Shown here piece by piece: positions 32,115 through 45,147 of a DNA stretch of 64,000 nt. The notes under the pieces are model-generated. The model searched no databases and had not been told where the DNA came from. It worked only from the letters and a program-made list of their open reading frames with translations. Source of the stretch: Histomonas meleagridis 2922-C6/04-290x (lineage: Eukaryota > Protista > Parabasalia); assembly GCA_020184695.1 (NCBI GenBank), contig JAANOX010000055.1, forward strand, positions 62,001 through 126,000. Reading direction: 5' to 3'. The translations under genes were made by a program, and so were the position numbers. Positions within the stretch are counted from its first letter, which is position 1. Every line of letters begins with the position of its first letter.

Positions 32115-32708
32115 TTAATATCTTCAACAATTTTTCTTTAACAATGTTTTCATATTACAATAGTGAAACATCCAAAATACATGTTGATGAAGGAATAATT
32201 AATCGAAATATCCAAAAATTTTTCTAAAATAATTTGAAATTTATTCTTATCATTTCAGAAATCAAGCATAAAAAAAAGAGATTGTTTTAGCCCTAATAAT
32301 ATTATTAGGAATATTCTTTGTTTTAATATGTTTTATCAAAAATAAGGTTTTTTAGAAAAAAGTTGTTTTTAAATAAATATTATTATTTTTTTTATTTGCA
32401 AAAATAGAGATTTTAAGTTAAGATAACTAAATGAAATAAAAATCTATATTTCTTTATATGAGATATATTAAATAAACCTAACATTAATGAGATTACTAAA
32501 ATTTTGAAATAATTTCAGAGGAGCTATGTCTTGCTTCAAAATCTTTAACCGCTTGTCAAAAATCTTCCAGACGTGGTTTCAATTTTCAAAAGTCAAAATT
32601 TACATACAAACAATTGTATAAGATATTAAAAAACTGGATTCGTGGTCATTCAAGATTTGAATTGTTTATTACAAGGCCAAGGTTTCAGTTCACTTTGTTT
32701 ATTGTCCC

Positions 32709-34032
32709 ATGGGTAAGGAGAAAGAACATATCAATCTCGTCGTTATCGGACACGTCGATGCTGGTAAATCCACAACCACAGGTCACTTAATCTACAAGTG
32801 CGGTGGTATCGATAAGAGAAAGCTCGCCCAAATCGAAAAGGAAGCCGTCCAACTTGGTAAGGGCTCCTTCAAATATGCCTTCGTTATGGATAACCTCAAG
32901 GCCGAACGTGAACGTGGTATCACAATCGATATCTCACTTTGGAAATTCGAATCACCAAAATACATGTTCACAATCATTGATGCTCCAGGACACAGAGACT
33001 TCATCAAGAACATGATCACAGGTACATCCCAAGCCGATGCTGCCGTCCTTGTTATTGATGCCACACGCGGTGGTTTCGAAGCCGGTATTGCCGAACAAGG
33101 CCAAACCCGTGAACACGCTCTTCTTGCCTTCACCCCTTGGTATCAAGCAAGTTATTGTTGGTGTTAACAAGATGGATGACAACACAGTCAACTACTCCAA
33201 GCAACGTTATGATGAAATCGTCCAAGAAATGACACACATCCTTGGCAACATTGGTTTCAAGCCAGAACAATACAAGTTCGTTCCAATCTCCGGATTCGTC
33301 GGTGATAACATGACCGAAAAGTCACCAAACATGCCATGGTACACAGGCGGCACACTCCTTGAAACACTCGATACACTCCAACCACCAAAACGTCCATTCG
33401 ACCGCCCACTCCGTCTTCCAGTCCAAGATGTTTACAAGATCTCTGGTATCGGTACAGTTCCAGTCGGTCGTGTTGAATCCGGTATCATGAAGCCAAACAT
33501 GACAGTCGTCTTCGCACCATCAACAGTCACCACCGAAGTTAAGTCCATCGAAATGCACCACACACAACTCCCAGAGGCCGTTCCAGGAGATAACATCGGT
33601 TTCAACGTCAAGAACGTCGCCGTCTCTGACATCAAGCGTGGTTACGTCGTCGGTGAAGCTAACCGTGATCCACCAATGCAATGCATCAACTTCACAGCAC
33701 AAATGATCATCTCCAACCACCCAGGCAAGATCCACGCTGGCTACCAACCAGTTTTCGACTGCCACACAGCTCACATCGCTTGCAAGTTCGACAAGCTCGT
33801 CCAACGTATCGACCGTCGTCACGGTAAGAAGGTCACAGAGAACCCAGAATGGATCCAAAAGGATGATGCTGCCGTCGTCGTCGTCGTCCCATCTAAGCCA
33901 CTCGTCGTCGAAACATTCAAGGAATATGCTGCATTAGGAAGATTCGCTGTTCGTGATATGAAGCAAACAGTCGCTGTTGGCGTTATCCGTGCTGTCGAAA
34001 AGAAGGTCGTCGAAGATAAGAAGAAGAAGTAA
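32709..34032 (+). CDS. EEF1A: Elongation factor 1-alpha (one extra C in a homopolymer at 33133-33136, probable sequencing error)
   Basis: [24 protein letters not shown]; ORFs 32709..33167 and 33037..34032 join by removing one C (ACCCCTT versus ACC CTT). Confidence 0.97.
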
Positions 34033-34551
34033 AGACAATAAATCTTCATTCAATAACTTTACTTTTTTAATGATTGAAAAAATTTTTAAATATCTTTGTT
34101 AAGACACGCACTGCTAAGCACTTTTCATGAGACAATTACAGACAATATATTCGTTCTACTATTGGATTCATGACTGAAATCGCAGCTAAAAGTTAATCTA
34201 ACTACACAAACGGTAATTTTGGTTTGTTTATCGTTGTTATGTACACATCGGGAATTTTTTTGTAATTATCTATACAAATGCTTTGTGTACATTAATGTTT
34301 TAGAGAGATTATTGTTATGCCACACGTGAAATTAGACAATCCTTGTAAACTATAGAAAAAATTCGGCCGAATGGCTGATCAAGTTTTAAAAGTGCCAATT
34401 TTTCCTGACTTTTGAATGCGGTTGGTCGCTGGGAGAGATGGCTGTTTTCAATGCAATTGCACTCAAAAAAATGTAGATACGGGATTTGAACGGTCGTAAA
34501 CATCACAATCCGAAACGTCCGATATTAAAACCGGAATTCAAATTTCTGGAA

Positions 34552-35643
34552 ATGTGCAAGTTCACGACTAAGGCGTCCAAGTCCCTCCAAGATGACATCA
34601 TAGAAAAAATTATATCTGGTGACTTAGAAGGATTTAAGGCACTTCATCTTTCTCCAAGTGAAATTTCAAGGACCTTAAAGCCATATATTGAAATAGACTT
34701 CAAGACAAAATATAGTAAATTTACGCCTCAGCTTCACATACGTGGACCTACACCTCTGTTTCTTGCTGTTTTATGTGAGCAAGATGAAATTGTTGATTAC
34801 ATATTGAAAGAAAAGAATCCAGATTTAAATCAAAAAATAGAAGGATTTAACATTATTCACATTGCTGCCCTCTCTAGAGACTACCACTGTTTAAGAATCC
34901 TCTTAAAGTATAAATGGGTTCTTGAACATATTAATGATAAAGTAGAACTTGAAAACATCCCATCTAAGCCAGAATTTAAGACAACAGCTCTCCATATTGC
35001 TGTCACCAACCACAATTACGTCAATGTGTTTTTACTTCTTCGTTGTTTTGATTTTTTCCAATCATCAAACTCCAATATTGATTCTGATCAATCTTTTCAT
35101 GTTAACATCGATCAGCGTTCAGCCTCGGGCTCTACGCCATTGTATATTGCTGCCTTTCAACAAGATTTGCGAATGGTCAAAATTTTATTAAACGCTGGTG
35201 CCGACCCAAACATGCCATGCGACCGTGAGAACAGAAGTACTTTTAAGTATATTGAACAACTCCAACAGAAGCAAGGCCATAAAAATTCATTAAAAGATAA
35301 TTCAAATCCCATACAAAAGATATACGAAGTCCTCAAAAAATACATCGGAGGCGAAAAGGTTCTCGATTTGAAGTATTATATGCTGAAATATTCACCTGAA
35401 TTAGCAAATGAATTTGGATATGATTTTGAAGAAGAATCAGAAGAAAGTCAGGAAAAGAACGAAAAACCAAAAGAAGTTATTGTGAGCAGAATGGAGAACC
35501 TAATGGAAAGAATGATTCATGAAATGGGTGATTTAAGAAAAATGATTATTGGACTTAAAAATCGTGTCGAAACACTCGAGTCACGAGGGGGAAGAGACGT
35601 GAAGGGGCCAATGATCCAAACAATTTTTGAACATCCAAATTAG
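34552..35643 (+). CDS. Ankyrin repeat protein (unrelated subfamily, no inserts)
   Basis: GPTPLFLAV, TTALHIAV and GSTPLYIAA repeats in one open frame; first ATG at 34552. Confidence 0.8.
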   Translation: MCKFTTKASKSLQDDIIEKIISGDLEGFKALHLSPSEISRTLKPYIEIDFKTKYSKFTPQLHIRGPTPLFLAVLCEQDEIVDYILKEKNPDLNQKIEGFNIIHIAALSRDYHCLRILLKYKWVLEHINDKVELENIPSKPEFKTTALHIAVTNHNYVNVFLLLRCFDFFQSSNSNIDSDQSFHVNIDQRSASGSTPLYIAAFQQDLRMVKILLNAGADPNMPCDRENRSTFKYIEQLQQKQGHKNSLKDNSNPIQKIYEVLKKYIGGEKVLDLKYYMLKYSPELANEFGYDFEEESEESQEKNEKPKEVIVSRMENLMERMIHEMGDLRKMIIGLKNRVETLESRGGRDVKGPMIQTIFEHPN

Positions 35644-36178
35644 ATTTTTTTTAAATTAGAAATTAATTAATAAACATAGAGTACATTTATAGAATTTGAT
35701 TAACAAAATTTTTTTTAGATGTGATATCTGAATACGGACATAAAATTCATTAATGTGACATTATTTTTTGATAATAAATGAACATCTTTCGTAAATAGAA
35801 TTATCGGCACTTTCTAATTGTTTTGAAATGATTTTTTCAATTAATTTTTATTGGAGTAATATGACATTTTATATAATTAGACCTCGACGGTTAAAAGTGG
35901 ACAGTTTTAAACGTTTCATTCTCTTTGTAGCATGTATTATTTTCATTTGCATAAAATATAAGATAAATCAAATATCCAATGATAAAAAATGGATATGGAT
36001 GATTTGCTCCAAATAATGAAATTATGCGTTCAATTGATGGATCCAATTTTTCGTTAGCCAAATTTAAAATTATTTTTCTCAGTAAATCGCTATATATCGA
36101 AATAATTATTTATTCTTATTTATCAAGAATTTTCAATTGAGATAATAATTATGTGAACACAGAAGTTATCGTTAAATT

Positions 36179-37246
36179 ATGGAGGCATTCAAATGGCTGC
36201 TTCAAACCAACTTCGATAATTCCCAACCCAAACTACTGCATTCAAATTTGTTGTATCGGTTCGTTTCGGGATTGAAAAAGTGGGATTGGCATTACACCAC
36301 ATTCCAAATGGCTCCACAACAAACAAATGAAATGAAATGGAGAAGCAAGATCAATTATTACGTGCTTCTCTTTTCAGCTTTACAATTCCTTTTCACTTTA
36401 TATTATAATTATGATATTTCAAAGGGATTGAAAGTATGGGAAACAACACTTGGATCAAAATATTATCCTGCGTTCAAGTTCGGAAGTTATACCCTATTTG
36501 CTTGTGGTCTTATTTTTCATTGCATTTCAAAACCTGTTTATCGTGGAACAAGTGGATTCCCACTTCAATACATTGGATTCGTATTTTGTCTCTTGGATTT
36601 AGCAGCATTCTTATGTTTCTTCATTCCATTATTTCACCACGATAAAAAAGATGTTTTTGGATGGATTCAATTCTTTATTTATCTAGCAAATTTAATATCT
36701 TGTACGGGACTAACAATAGTTTCACGAAAGTCTATTCAACCAGCACAAATTTCAATTGCAGGAAGCTGGGTTCTCAGCCGTCGTAGAGATTGGGGAATTT
36801 GTGGAACAATACTTGGAGGCCTCCAAGTTGTGATGATTTTCTGGGAGACCGTATTTTCTTTGTATGCTCCCGAAGATAAAAAAGCTCTTGCCGTATTCAA
36901 AGATAAAATTAATGAATATAGAGCATCAATGATATTATTGACAATCGGAGCCCTTGGATACCACATTGTTTCTTTGAAGATATCCAAAGGACAATGCCCA
37001 TGTCATAACAAAATGAGAATTTCTGGATTTGTGTTTCTTGCATTCGAAATTGTTGGCTTAATTCTTTATGAACATGTCTGTACAATCCGCCCATATAAGC
37101 ATATCTTCTTTTACCACGTAATTATCATGGGATTGGGTATTGTCATATCAGGCCTTGGAAATGATTATATATCTAGAAGGCCGTTCAAAGAAGATTATGA
37201 AGCACTTAGCTACCAAAACGTAGACTCAATCAACAGTAAAATTTAA
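36179..37246 (+). CDS. Multi-pass membrane protein of unknown function
   Basis: 355-aa intact ORF with about 8-9 hydrophobic segments. Confidence 0.75.
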   Translation: MEAFKWLLQTNFDNSQPKLLHSNLLYRFVSGLKKWDWHYTTFQMAPQQTNEMKWRSKINYYVLLFSALQFLFTLYYNYDISKGLKVWETTLGSKYYPAFKFGSYTLFACGLIFHCISKPVYRGTSGFPLQYIGFVFCLLDLAAFLCFFIPLFHHDKKDVFGWIQFFIYLANLISCTGLTIVSRKSIQPAQISIAGSWVLSRRRDWGICGTILGGLQVVMIFWETVFSLYAPEDKKALAVFKDKINEYRASMILLTIGALGYHIVSLKISKGQCPCHNKMRISGFVFLAFEIVGLILYEHVCTIRPYKHIFFYHVIIMGLGIVISGLGNDYISRRPFKEDYEALSYQNVDSINSKI

Positions 37247-37333
37247 ACCAATAAAATATCAAAAATAAACGTGCAAAAAATAATTTGACTTTGTTTGTTT
37301 GATACTATCGTATAGTAATAATAAACGTACTAA

Positions 37334-38212
37334 ATGAACCCAAAGACTTTCGAAGAACATATTGAATTTATAATATGTCTTAAGGATTCGCTTGATCCAA
37401 AAACTTATATGTTGAAGCTTGAGAATGCAAAGAAAATTATTAATAAAAGGATATTGATTTCAAAAAAAAAGATTATTAAAATTAACAAACAATATCAAAT
37501 AATGAAAACAAATAATTTATATGAGCTTTCAAAGATTGGTATGGATATGGAATGGGTTCAATTCTATTCTGTTTTGAATTTTAAATTAAATGCAGAAATC
37601 TCCAAAATTCAATCTACTACTAAATTTAATCCAGAATTAGATGAATTTAACAATCAAGTTACAGAAAAGTTAGCTAAACAGACGCATCGACTACATAAAC
37701 TTCAACAATATTCATCTCAACTTCGAAAATCATTTGAAGAAACTCAACAAAACAAATTAACAAAAGAAGGCACAAAATTACAAGAGTTAAGAACCATATA
37801 TTCTCGGTTCCAAAAACACATAAGGATTGAGAAAGAACGAAATTATGATCAACAGATCGATCTTGCAAATAAAGAAACACAAAAATTAACATCTCTTCTG
37901 ATTGAAGCAAATGCACAAAAATTAGAACTTGTAAAAAAGAAAGAAGAATCTGAAAAGCTTTATCAAAAAGTCAAAGAAGAAATGATCAAATCAAATACTC
38001 TCCAAAGAAAAAGAGAACAAAATATAAACGAAGAAATAGAAATGTTGTCAAAAAGCAATATTGAAATCAGAAATAACATTTTGGAAATGAAAAAAAGAAT
38101 TGCTCATCTTAAAAATGAGATCGAAGAAATGGATCAAATTCTCCAAAAAAAAGGAAAAGTACTTGAAATGTTTGAAGAATCAAAACAGTTATCCTATCTT
38201 TTCCAAAATTGA
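37334..38212 (+). CDS. Coiled-coil protein
   Basis: 292-aa K/E/Q-rich helical ORF. Confidence 0.7.
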   Translation: MNPKTFEEHIEFIICLKDSLDPKTYMLKLENAKKIINKRILISKKKIIKINKQYQIMKTNNLYELSKIGMDMEWVQFYSVLNFKLNAEISKIQSTTKFNPELDEFNNQVTEKLAKQTHRLHKLQQYSSQLRKSFEETQQNKLTKEGTKLQELRTIYSRFQKHIRIEKERNYDQQIDLANKETQKLTSLLIEANAQKLELVKKKEESEKLYQKVKEEMIKSNTLQRKREQNINEEIEMLSKSNIEIRNNILEMKKRIAHLKNEIEEMDQILQKKGKVLEMFEESKQLSYLFQN

Positions 38213-39673
38213 TTTATCAATAGATTATTTCGTATTGAATAAAACTTGTTTTTTTCTTATTTCCAAAAGTATTTTCAATTTAAACTTTTTTATTATTTGG
38301 GAAATTTATTTATTTTCTTGAACATATGATATTAAGTAATGTTTTCTTCGACTAATTTTGTAAATTATTATTATTATTAATAACTTTATTTTATGGAGAA
38401 ATAATTTATTCGGAATTTACCCACTCCCAATGGACATCTTTACTTTCAGATTATAATCTGTGACTCTTTTACATAGATTGAATCTTATGTATTTTATTGC
38501 TCATTTATTTAGAATTAATAATAATTGGTGCAAATGTTCGGTCATTTTGAAATTATAAAATATCAATTTCACAGTGTGGATGAAAATCTATTCAATTTTC
38601 ACTTTTTGAGTTATTTACTTGAAAATTGAATGATTTTTGAGAATTTCCGTTCACAACAAAAAAAAAAACATCGAAATAATCATTATGAGAATCATTTTTT
38701 CACCAAAAGTGTGCACACTTGCAGATATCGAATATAATTATAGCAATTATCACTGGTATTATGAAACAGCAAATTATCCAGAGTCATGTTATGAACTATT
38801 TTGGTTGACATTTTTTATAAGTAACTTTATAACATTGTTTTTACATGCGCTTCCATGAGTATATTTCTTTAAAAGTAAAATATTACAATGTATTGACTTT
38901 GATGATTTTCATAAGTTTGTGTGCTGATGTTAACTTTTGTTTTGATATTTTCCTTTTTATTGTCTCAATTATGCATTTAATAAATAATGTTAGTATATAT
39001 ATCATTAATTTAAAAAATAACAGATAATATCATGCAGTTATCTTGCAATTTGCAATTGAATTTTTTCAAAATTTCTCCAATATCTCTTCGTTACTTTGTT
39101 TTAAATATTTTTTACAATATTTCGATGTTATTTATTTCATTTTATCTCTTATATCCATTTTAAGTTTCATTTTTTATAATTGAATTGTTTTTAATTGTTT
39201 TATATTCAATATTTTTGATGTGTTTTTTCAATAGTTTTCGTATCTTTTACCATTTTCTGATTATATTTCTAATATATTTTCGATGGTTTCCGTGAAAATA
39301 ATCATCACAATAATCTAATGGAGAACAAATAAATAAGATTCTTCTTGTTATTATTTGTGTAATAATTTTTGTTCTTATAATTATAATAGTTTTTGTTTTA
39401 TTATTCAAAGAAACAAATCTGAAGGTGAAAAAAATATGATAAGTTGATTGAATGATTTTTAATCATTAACAACATGTCAAACAACGCCGAAGATCCATTT
39501 GTTTAAGATTTCAAAGTAGATCATTTACTTAATCAAATGTAACAAAAGTTTTTTAATTTCTTTACGTCCTTAAAATATTTTTTGATTAATTAACTCATAG
39601 TCATAATTTCGTGTTAAAATATCTTTATTTTTCTATATCAAACATTACATATAAATCATGATGAGCATCATAT

Positions 39674-40714
39674 CTAGTCAACACTTGTATCAGAAATCTC
39701 TGGATTTATAGCCCTTAGCTGCGCTTGCGGTGTAATTGTTGGTCGAGAGAACGAAAATGAATCATCACAAACAGTTGCCCTAATGCTCACTATTTCTGCA
39801 TTCGGATCAACAGTTGGTCTCTCCATTTGTTCAATTTGGCTTGCGTCAAATGTTTCGCTTTTTTTATCAAAGAACGGATGTTGTAATGTCTGGTAGACGT
39901 TAAATCGTTTTAAATGGTTTACACAGAGCATGTGCTTCAAAAGTGACACTTTGACAGGGTCTGTTCCATTTGGAATAGAAAGAGAAGTCGTTTTGATCTT
40001 GGCGACAATTTCGAAAACGCTTTCACCTTCGAATGGAAGCTTTCCAAAGAATGATTGATAAAGAGTCACGCCAAGTGACCAAATATCTTCTTTAGAAGGA
40101 TCTAAATTTCGAAAATCTACATTGTCAAGAAATGACTCTGGAGCTTGATAAGCAGGTGAACCAACAGCCATATCGAAACTTTGTGTTGTGTGACCAACGC
40201 CAAAATCTGATAAATATGCTTTTCCTTCACTTGATATTAAAATGTTAGATGGTTTTATATCTTCATGTACAATGCCATGCTTATTTAAGCATTCTAGTGC
40301 ATGTAAAATTTGTGCAAAAATTCCTCGAATTAAATCGTCATTTAAAATATATTTCTGATTTCTGATAATTGAATCTAAACTACCACAATCTGCATAATCA
40401 ATAACTAAATATACGGTGTCTTTTTGTTCAACGTAGAGAACTTCATGTAATGATAAGATATTTGGGTGATTCAATTTTTTCATCATTAGAATTTCTCTTT
40501 CTAACTGTGATATTCCAGAATCTATTGTCTGTAATTCCCCAAGTTTAAACTTTTTTAGAGCGAATTCATTTTTTGTTTTTTCGTCAATTGCATAATAAAC
40601 TTTTGCGAATGTTCCTTCTCCCACGCATTTTAACACCAGGTACTGATTTATTTTTTTAATTGGCTTTTGTTCATACTCATCATCTGATTGTAATTGCTTA
40701 AAGAGTTGGTTCAT
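39674..40714 (-). CDS. Ser/Thr protein kinase (CAMK group-like)
   Basis: GEGTFAKV, ALKK, HEDIKPSN, DFG, GSPAYQAPE, DIWSLG. Confidence 0.95.
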   Translation of the reverse strand: MNQLFKQLQSDDEYEQKPIKKINQYLVLKCVGEGTFAKVYYAIDEKTKNEFALKKFKLGELQTIDSGISQLEREILMMKKLNHPNILSLHEVLYVEQKDTVYLVIDYADCGSLDSIIRNQKYILNDDLIRGIFAQILHALECLNKHGIVHEDIKPSNILISSEGKAYLSDFGVGHTTQSFDMAVGSPAYQAPESFLDNVDFRNLDPSKEDIWSLGVTLYQSFFGKLPFEGESVFEIVAKIKTTSLSIPNGTDPVKVSLLKHMLCVNHLKRFNVYQTLQHPFFDKKSETFDASQIEQMERPTVDPNAEIVSIRATVCDDSFSFSRPTITPQAQLRAINPEISDTSVD

Positions 40715-40834
40715 AAATACGATTTATTTGGCTACTCACCACTTTTTGATAACAATACGATCGTTGGAGCACCCCAAATCAAAATCAAAATTTTAACATT
40801 TTTTTATTAACAAGTTCTGTATATATTCTTTATA

Positions 40835-43800
40835 TTATCTTGATCCAAAGAAGGAGAAAGGTTTTGAAATAATTTGATTAGACTCAGCCCAACATCTTTG
40901 AGCCTTTAAAATTTGTTTGTCATCACATTCTACTATTTTTAATATCACTGGTATTAACGCTTCTCTTGTTTCACCGTTTTGTATAAAGAATTGTAACAAA
41001 ACCTTTCGAACGTATTCAGGGAATACATTTGAAGATCCTTGCGATTGTTTTGTAGGTTTTAAATCTTTTTCTAACGCTTCGATTTTAGCGTTAAGTTTAT
41101 CTTTTTCTTCGATTAATTCTGCGATTTTCTTTTCCGATTTTCGTTGCATTGCTTCGTATTTATGTCTTTCTTTTGTTATTCTAATGAATTGCGCTTTACT
41201 TTCGTTAGCAACTTCTTCTGCTTTGTTCACATTTTCTTTTGATATTTCGATTTTTGTGTTTAATTCATTGATTTCTTTCTTTAAGTTTTGTATTAATTCG
41301 TTTTGTTCTTCGCTTTCAGTTTGCATTTGTTCGATTTGTTCTATTTTGTCATTTATTTGATTTTGCAAATTTTGTTTAATTTCTTCGTTTAATAAAATTT
41401 TATTGTTAAGTTCAGTGTTATTATGTTCAAGTTGTTCATTGTTTGATATTAATTCTTTGTTTTGTTGCTCATGTTTAGAAATTGTGTTTTCAAGTTCTTT
41501 GATATGATTTTCAAGATTTTGTATTTTGTTTTCTTTTTCGGTAATAAGAACTTCGTTTGATTGAAGCGTTGAATCTTTTGTAGTTAAAATTTCTTGTTGT
41601 GATTGAAGTTGATTTGTGATTTCATTAATTTTTATATCTTTCTCTTTGAGGATTTCAGTGATTTCATTTATTTTGTTATCTTTTTCTTGAAGTGTTTTTA
41701 TGTTTTCATTGATTTTTGTTTCTTTTTCTTGAAGTAATTTCGTGATTTCGTTTATTTTGTTGTCTTTTTCTTGATTTTGTTTGTTTAATTCATTGATTCT
41801 TGTTTCGGTTTCTTTATGAACTTCTGTTATTTGTTTAATTTTGTTTTCTTTTTCTTGATTCGTTTTAGTTATTTCATTGTTTCGTGTTTCATAATCTTTA
41901 AGCATTTCAATCGCTTGTTTAAGTTTACTTTCTTTCTCTTTATACAATTTTGTTATCTCATTAATTTTATTATCTTTTTCTTTAATTGTTTCTTCGTTTT
42001 GCTTGGATTTATTTTCGTTTTCTTTGCATAATTTTGTTATTTTATTAATTTTTGCATCTCTTTCTTTAAGTACTTCTATCGAATATTTAAGTTTATCACA
42101 TTTTTCTTGATATAATTTTGTAATATCATTAATTTTTATATCTTTTTCTTTAAGTATTTCTTCGTTTTGTTTGAATTTATTTTCATTTTCTTTAAATAAT
42201 TTTGTCATTTCATTAATTTTTATATCTTTTTCTTTAAGTATTTCTTCACTTTGTTTTAGTTTATTATCTATTTCTTGATTTACTTTGGAAACATCAGAAA
42301 TTTTTGTTTCGTATTCTTTAAGAATTTCTAATGCTTTTTTGAGTTTACTTTCTTTCTCATGGTATAACTTTGTGATTTCATTAATTTTATTTTCATTTTC
42401 TTTTATTACTTCTTCGTTTTGTTTGAGTTTGCTTTCTTGTTCCTGATATAACTTTGTGATTCCATTTATTTTTGTTTCATTCTCTTTTAATATTCCGGCG
42501 CTTTGATTAATTTTATTTTGGCTTTCTTTATATAATTGTGTGATTTCATTAATTTTATTATCTTTTTCTTTTAACATTTCTTCATTTTGTTTAATTTTTG
42601 TGTCTTTTTCTTTGATTATTTCTAATGACTGTTTAAGTTTGTTATCTTTTTCTTGAAGTTGTTTTTTAATTTCATTAATTATTTTTTCTTTTTCCATTAT
42701 TTCTATTTGTGATTTTGCATTTTCATTTGAATTGTTTTCTCTTTCATAAAGAATTTGTTTAATTTGTTTGATTTCTTCGTCTTTTTCTGTTAGCGTCTGC
42801 TTAAGAGAATTTCGAAGATTATCATTTTCTTCACTTAATTCTTTGATGAAATTTTCTCTTTCATTAATATTTTGTTTTAATGTTTTGATATCATTTCTTA
42901 GTGTTTCAATTTCATTATTATTATTTGTTAATGTTTGAATTTGTTTTCGAAGTTTATCATTTTCTTCGTTTAATTTATTTACAAAATTTTCTTTTTCACT
43001 TAAATTATTTTTTAATGTCTCAATTTCATTGTTACTTTGATTGGGATTTATTAACGTTTGTATCTGATTTGTAAGTTTATCATTCTCTTCACTTAAATCG
43101 TTTATGAAGTTTTCTCTTTCGGTGATACTTTGCTTTAATGTTTCGATGTCATTTTTCAGTGTTTCAATTTCCTCGCTTTCAGAAATTGGATGCATCTGTA
43201 ATTGTTTTTTGAGTCTTTCATTTTCATTTTGTGTATTTCGAAGTGTTTCTTGTATTAAACGATTTTGCTGCTCAAGTTGTTCAATTTGACGAACATTATC
43301 AGATTGATCATTTGATGCTTTGGTTTCCTTTTGTGGTAAAAAAGATGTAAATATATCTTCAAGTAGTGACGATTTTTGGGGTTCTGTGGTATTTGTTGAT
43401 GTTTTTTGAGGTGAGGATTTTTCATAGATATCATCAATAAGTGATGTGCCTTGATTAACAGTGTCTTGTGGATTCTGCATTTCAAGCAGAGAGAGTTTTT
43501 CCTTTAAAGATGTGGTTTCGAATTTATATTTGTCTATTTCTTCAAGAAGTTTTCGCCTTTCAGAGTTAAATGTACTTGAAAGTTCGCCCATTTGTTGACT
43601 TACTTCATTTGAGCTCTTAGTTATGTCATCAAGTTGTGCTTGAATTTCTTCTTTTTGTGATTGAAGATTAGAATTTTCATTTTTTAATTCTTCAATTTTT
43701 TTGTTCTGTTCTTCATGAATCTCAAGCAATTTTTTAATACTATTTGATCTTTCTTGAATTGCATCATCTCTTTCAGAAATTCCTTTTTGAAGAATTTGTT

Positions 43801-43910
43801 GATTTTTTAGGCATTTTTCAATATCAGCCTTTTGGCGTTGATTTTTTTTTGATAAGTTGAAGATACTTTTCTTTTAATTGTTCATAAGAAGGTTGTTGCT
43901 GAGAGCTCAT
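40835..43910 (-). CDS. GRIP-domain golgin-like long coiled-coil protein (probable 1-nt homopolymer error at 43842-43850)
   Basis: Long K/E/N/Q coiled coil; C-terminal EYVRKVLLQFF...REALIPVILKI is GRIP-like. The ORF extends to ATG 43910 if one T of the T9 run is removed. Confidence 0.82.
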
Positions 43911-45080
43911 GCAGCAGGACGAACGTTAAAGTACACATTTCTATCGTGCGAACACTTCACATTATGAACAAAACCTCAAAGCATCTGAAGATAATGTACT
44001 TTTGAGGCTAAAAATTCTTCAAGATACAATATTTCTTATGGATCCAGATAATGTTAAAAATACAATTCAGACATATATTTGATTTATTTATTCATTTATT
44101 TAATACAAATTTTCTATACATTATATAGAGAAAGGTGAATTCTAATGCTGTTTTGTTGCAAGGGGGACACAAAGTCTATTCACAAGCCTGTCGTTTCAAT
44201 TAATTTTTTAAAAGGTTATTTTCAATTGAAAAATTATACTGCAATTTGGAGTAATGAAGTAATACACTTAGGATTAGGCATAATAGGAAAAAAAAAAGAT
44301 CATCGAACAGGGATTGACTATGTGAAAAGTCACAAGATAATTACCTCTTATACTTTTGCGAATGATAACAGTGAAATTTACTCAAGTTCATTTGACGCCA
44401 TCCAAGGCTCAATATGGGTACAAGTGGTACAATCTGATCTTTCGAAAATAATTTCAAAAATTAAGCATATTAACAAAGACATGGAAGTACTGCTTGAATG
44501 TGATTGAAGGCTTAGTAGCAAAAATATTTTGTGCTTTTACTGCTTGGATTCTGATATTAAACAAGTGAAAAGTTACATAAAATACATTCTCAATAATAGT
44601 CATAAAGCATTCCGAATTTATTTAATGAAATCTTTTGAAATTAAATATGGGAAATACCAAGTATGAATTACTTTTAACAAGTTGAAAATCAATTAAATTG
44701 TTCAAGAAGAATACTAAGAAAATAATTTGATTATTGTGACATTTTATTAAAGACGAAATATTATAATTGCATAGTAATTTTATTTAGAGCTTTTTCCAAT
44801 TAATTCTAAAATTCGATGATTTAAATGATACCAATAAGCATATTTTCAATTTGATTAACTTTATAAATCTTAATCCACACTTGGTTAAATTGTAAAAAAT
44901 TTGGTATTATACAATTTTCAATGAAAATAAAGTGGTGTATTTTCCTTGGAGATTTTGTACGTTAGAAGCATGCTTTTTTTTAATCAGATCTCGGTTTAAG
45001 AGGAAGCAGATTTTTTTATTCAATTTAGGAGGACCTGTTAGAGAGAAATATTAATATTCAACCTATTGTTGAATGAAATT

Positions 45081-45147
45081 TATAGCTTGGCGGTATAATC
45101 CTTTTTTGCACGTTAAATGCCATTGGTTCGAATCCCGATATTGGAGA
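45081..45147 (+). pseudogene. tRNA-like sequence in the left TIR (mirror copy at 47193-47259, minus strand)
   Basis: A-box-like TAGCTTGGCGGTA and B-box GGTTCGAATCC at tRNA spacing; acceptor and anticodon stems do not pair. Confidence 0.45.

Noticed and set aside
33133-33136. Frameshift in EF-1alpha as programmed frameshifting or pseudogene
   Set aside because: A single extra base in a C run of an otherwise perfectly conserved essential gene. The same pattern occurs in RPS3A and the golgin, which points to long-read homopolymer errors.
38330-39330. Possible decayed coding sequence or further insert-bearing genes
   Set aside because: I found no 17+3 register and no recognisable protein motif on either strand.
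41580-42620. Tandem 42/84-nt periodicity
   Set aside because: Ordinary coiled-coil repeat expansion within the golgin ORF.
44145-44507. 120-aa ORF next to the long-TIR element
   Set aside because: No recognisable motif, and the surrounding region looks degenerate; a function cannot be supported.
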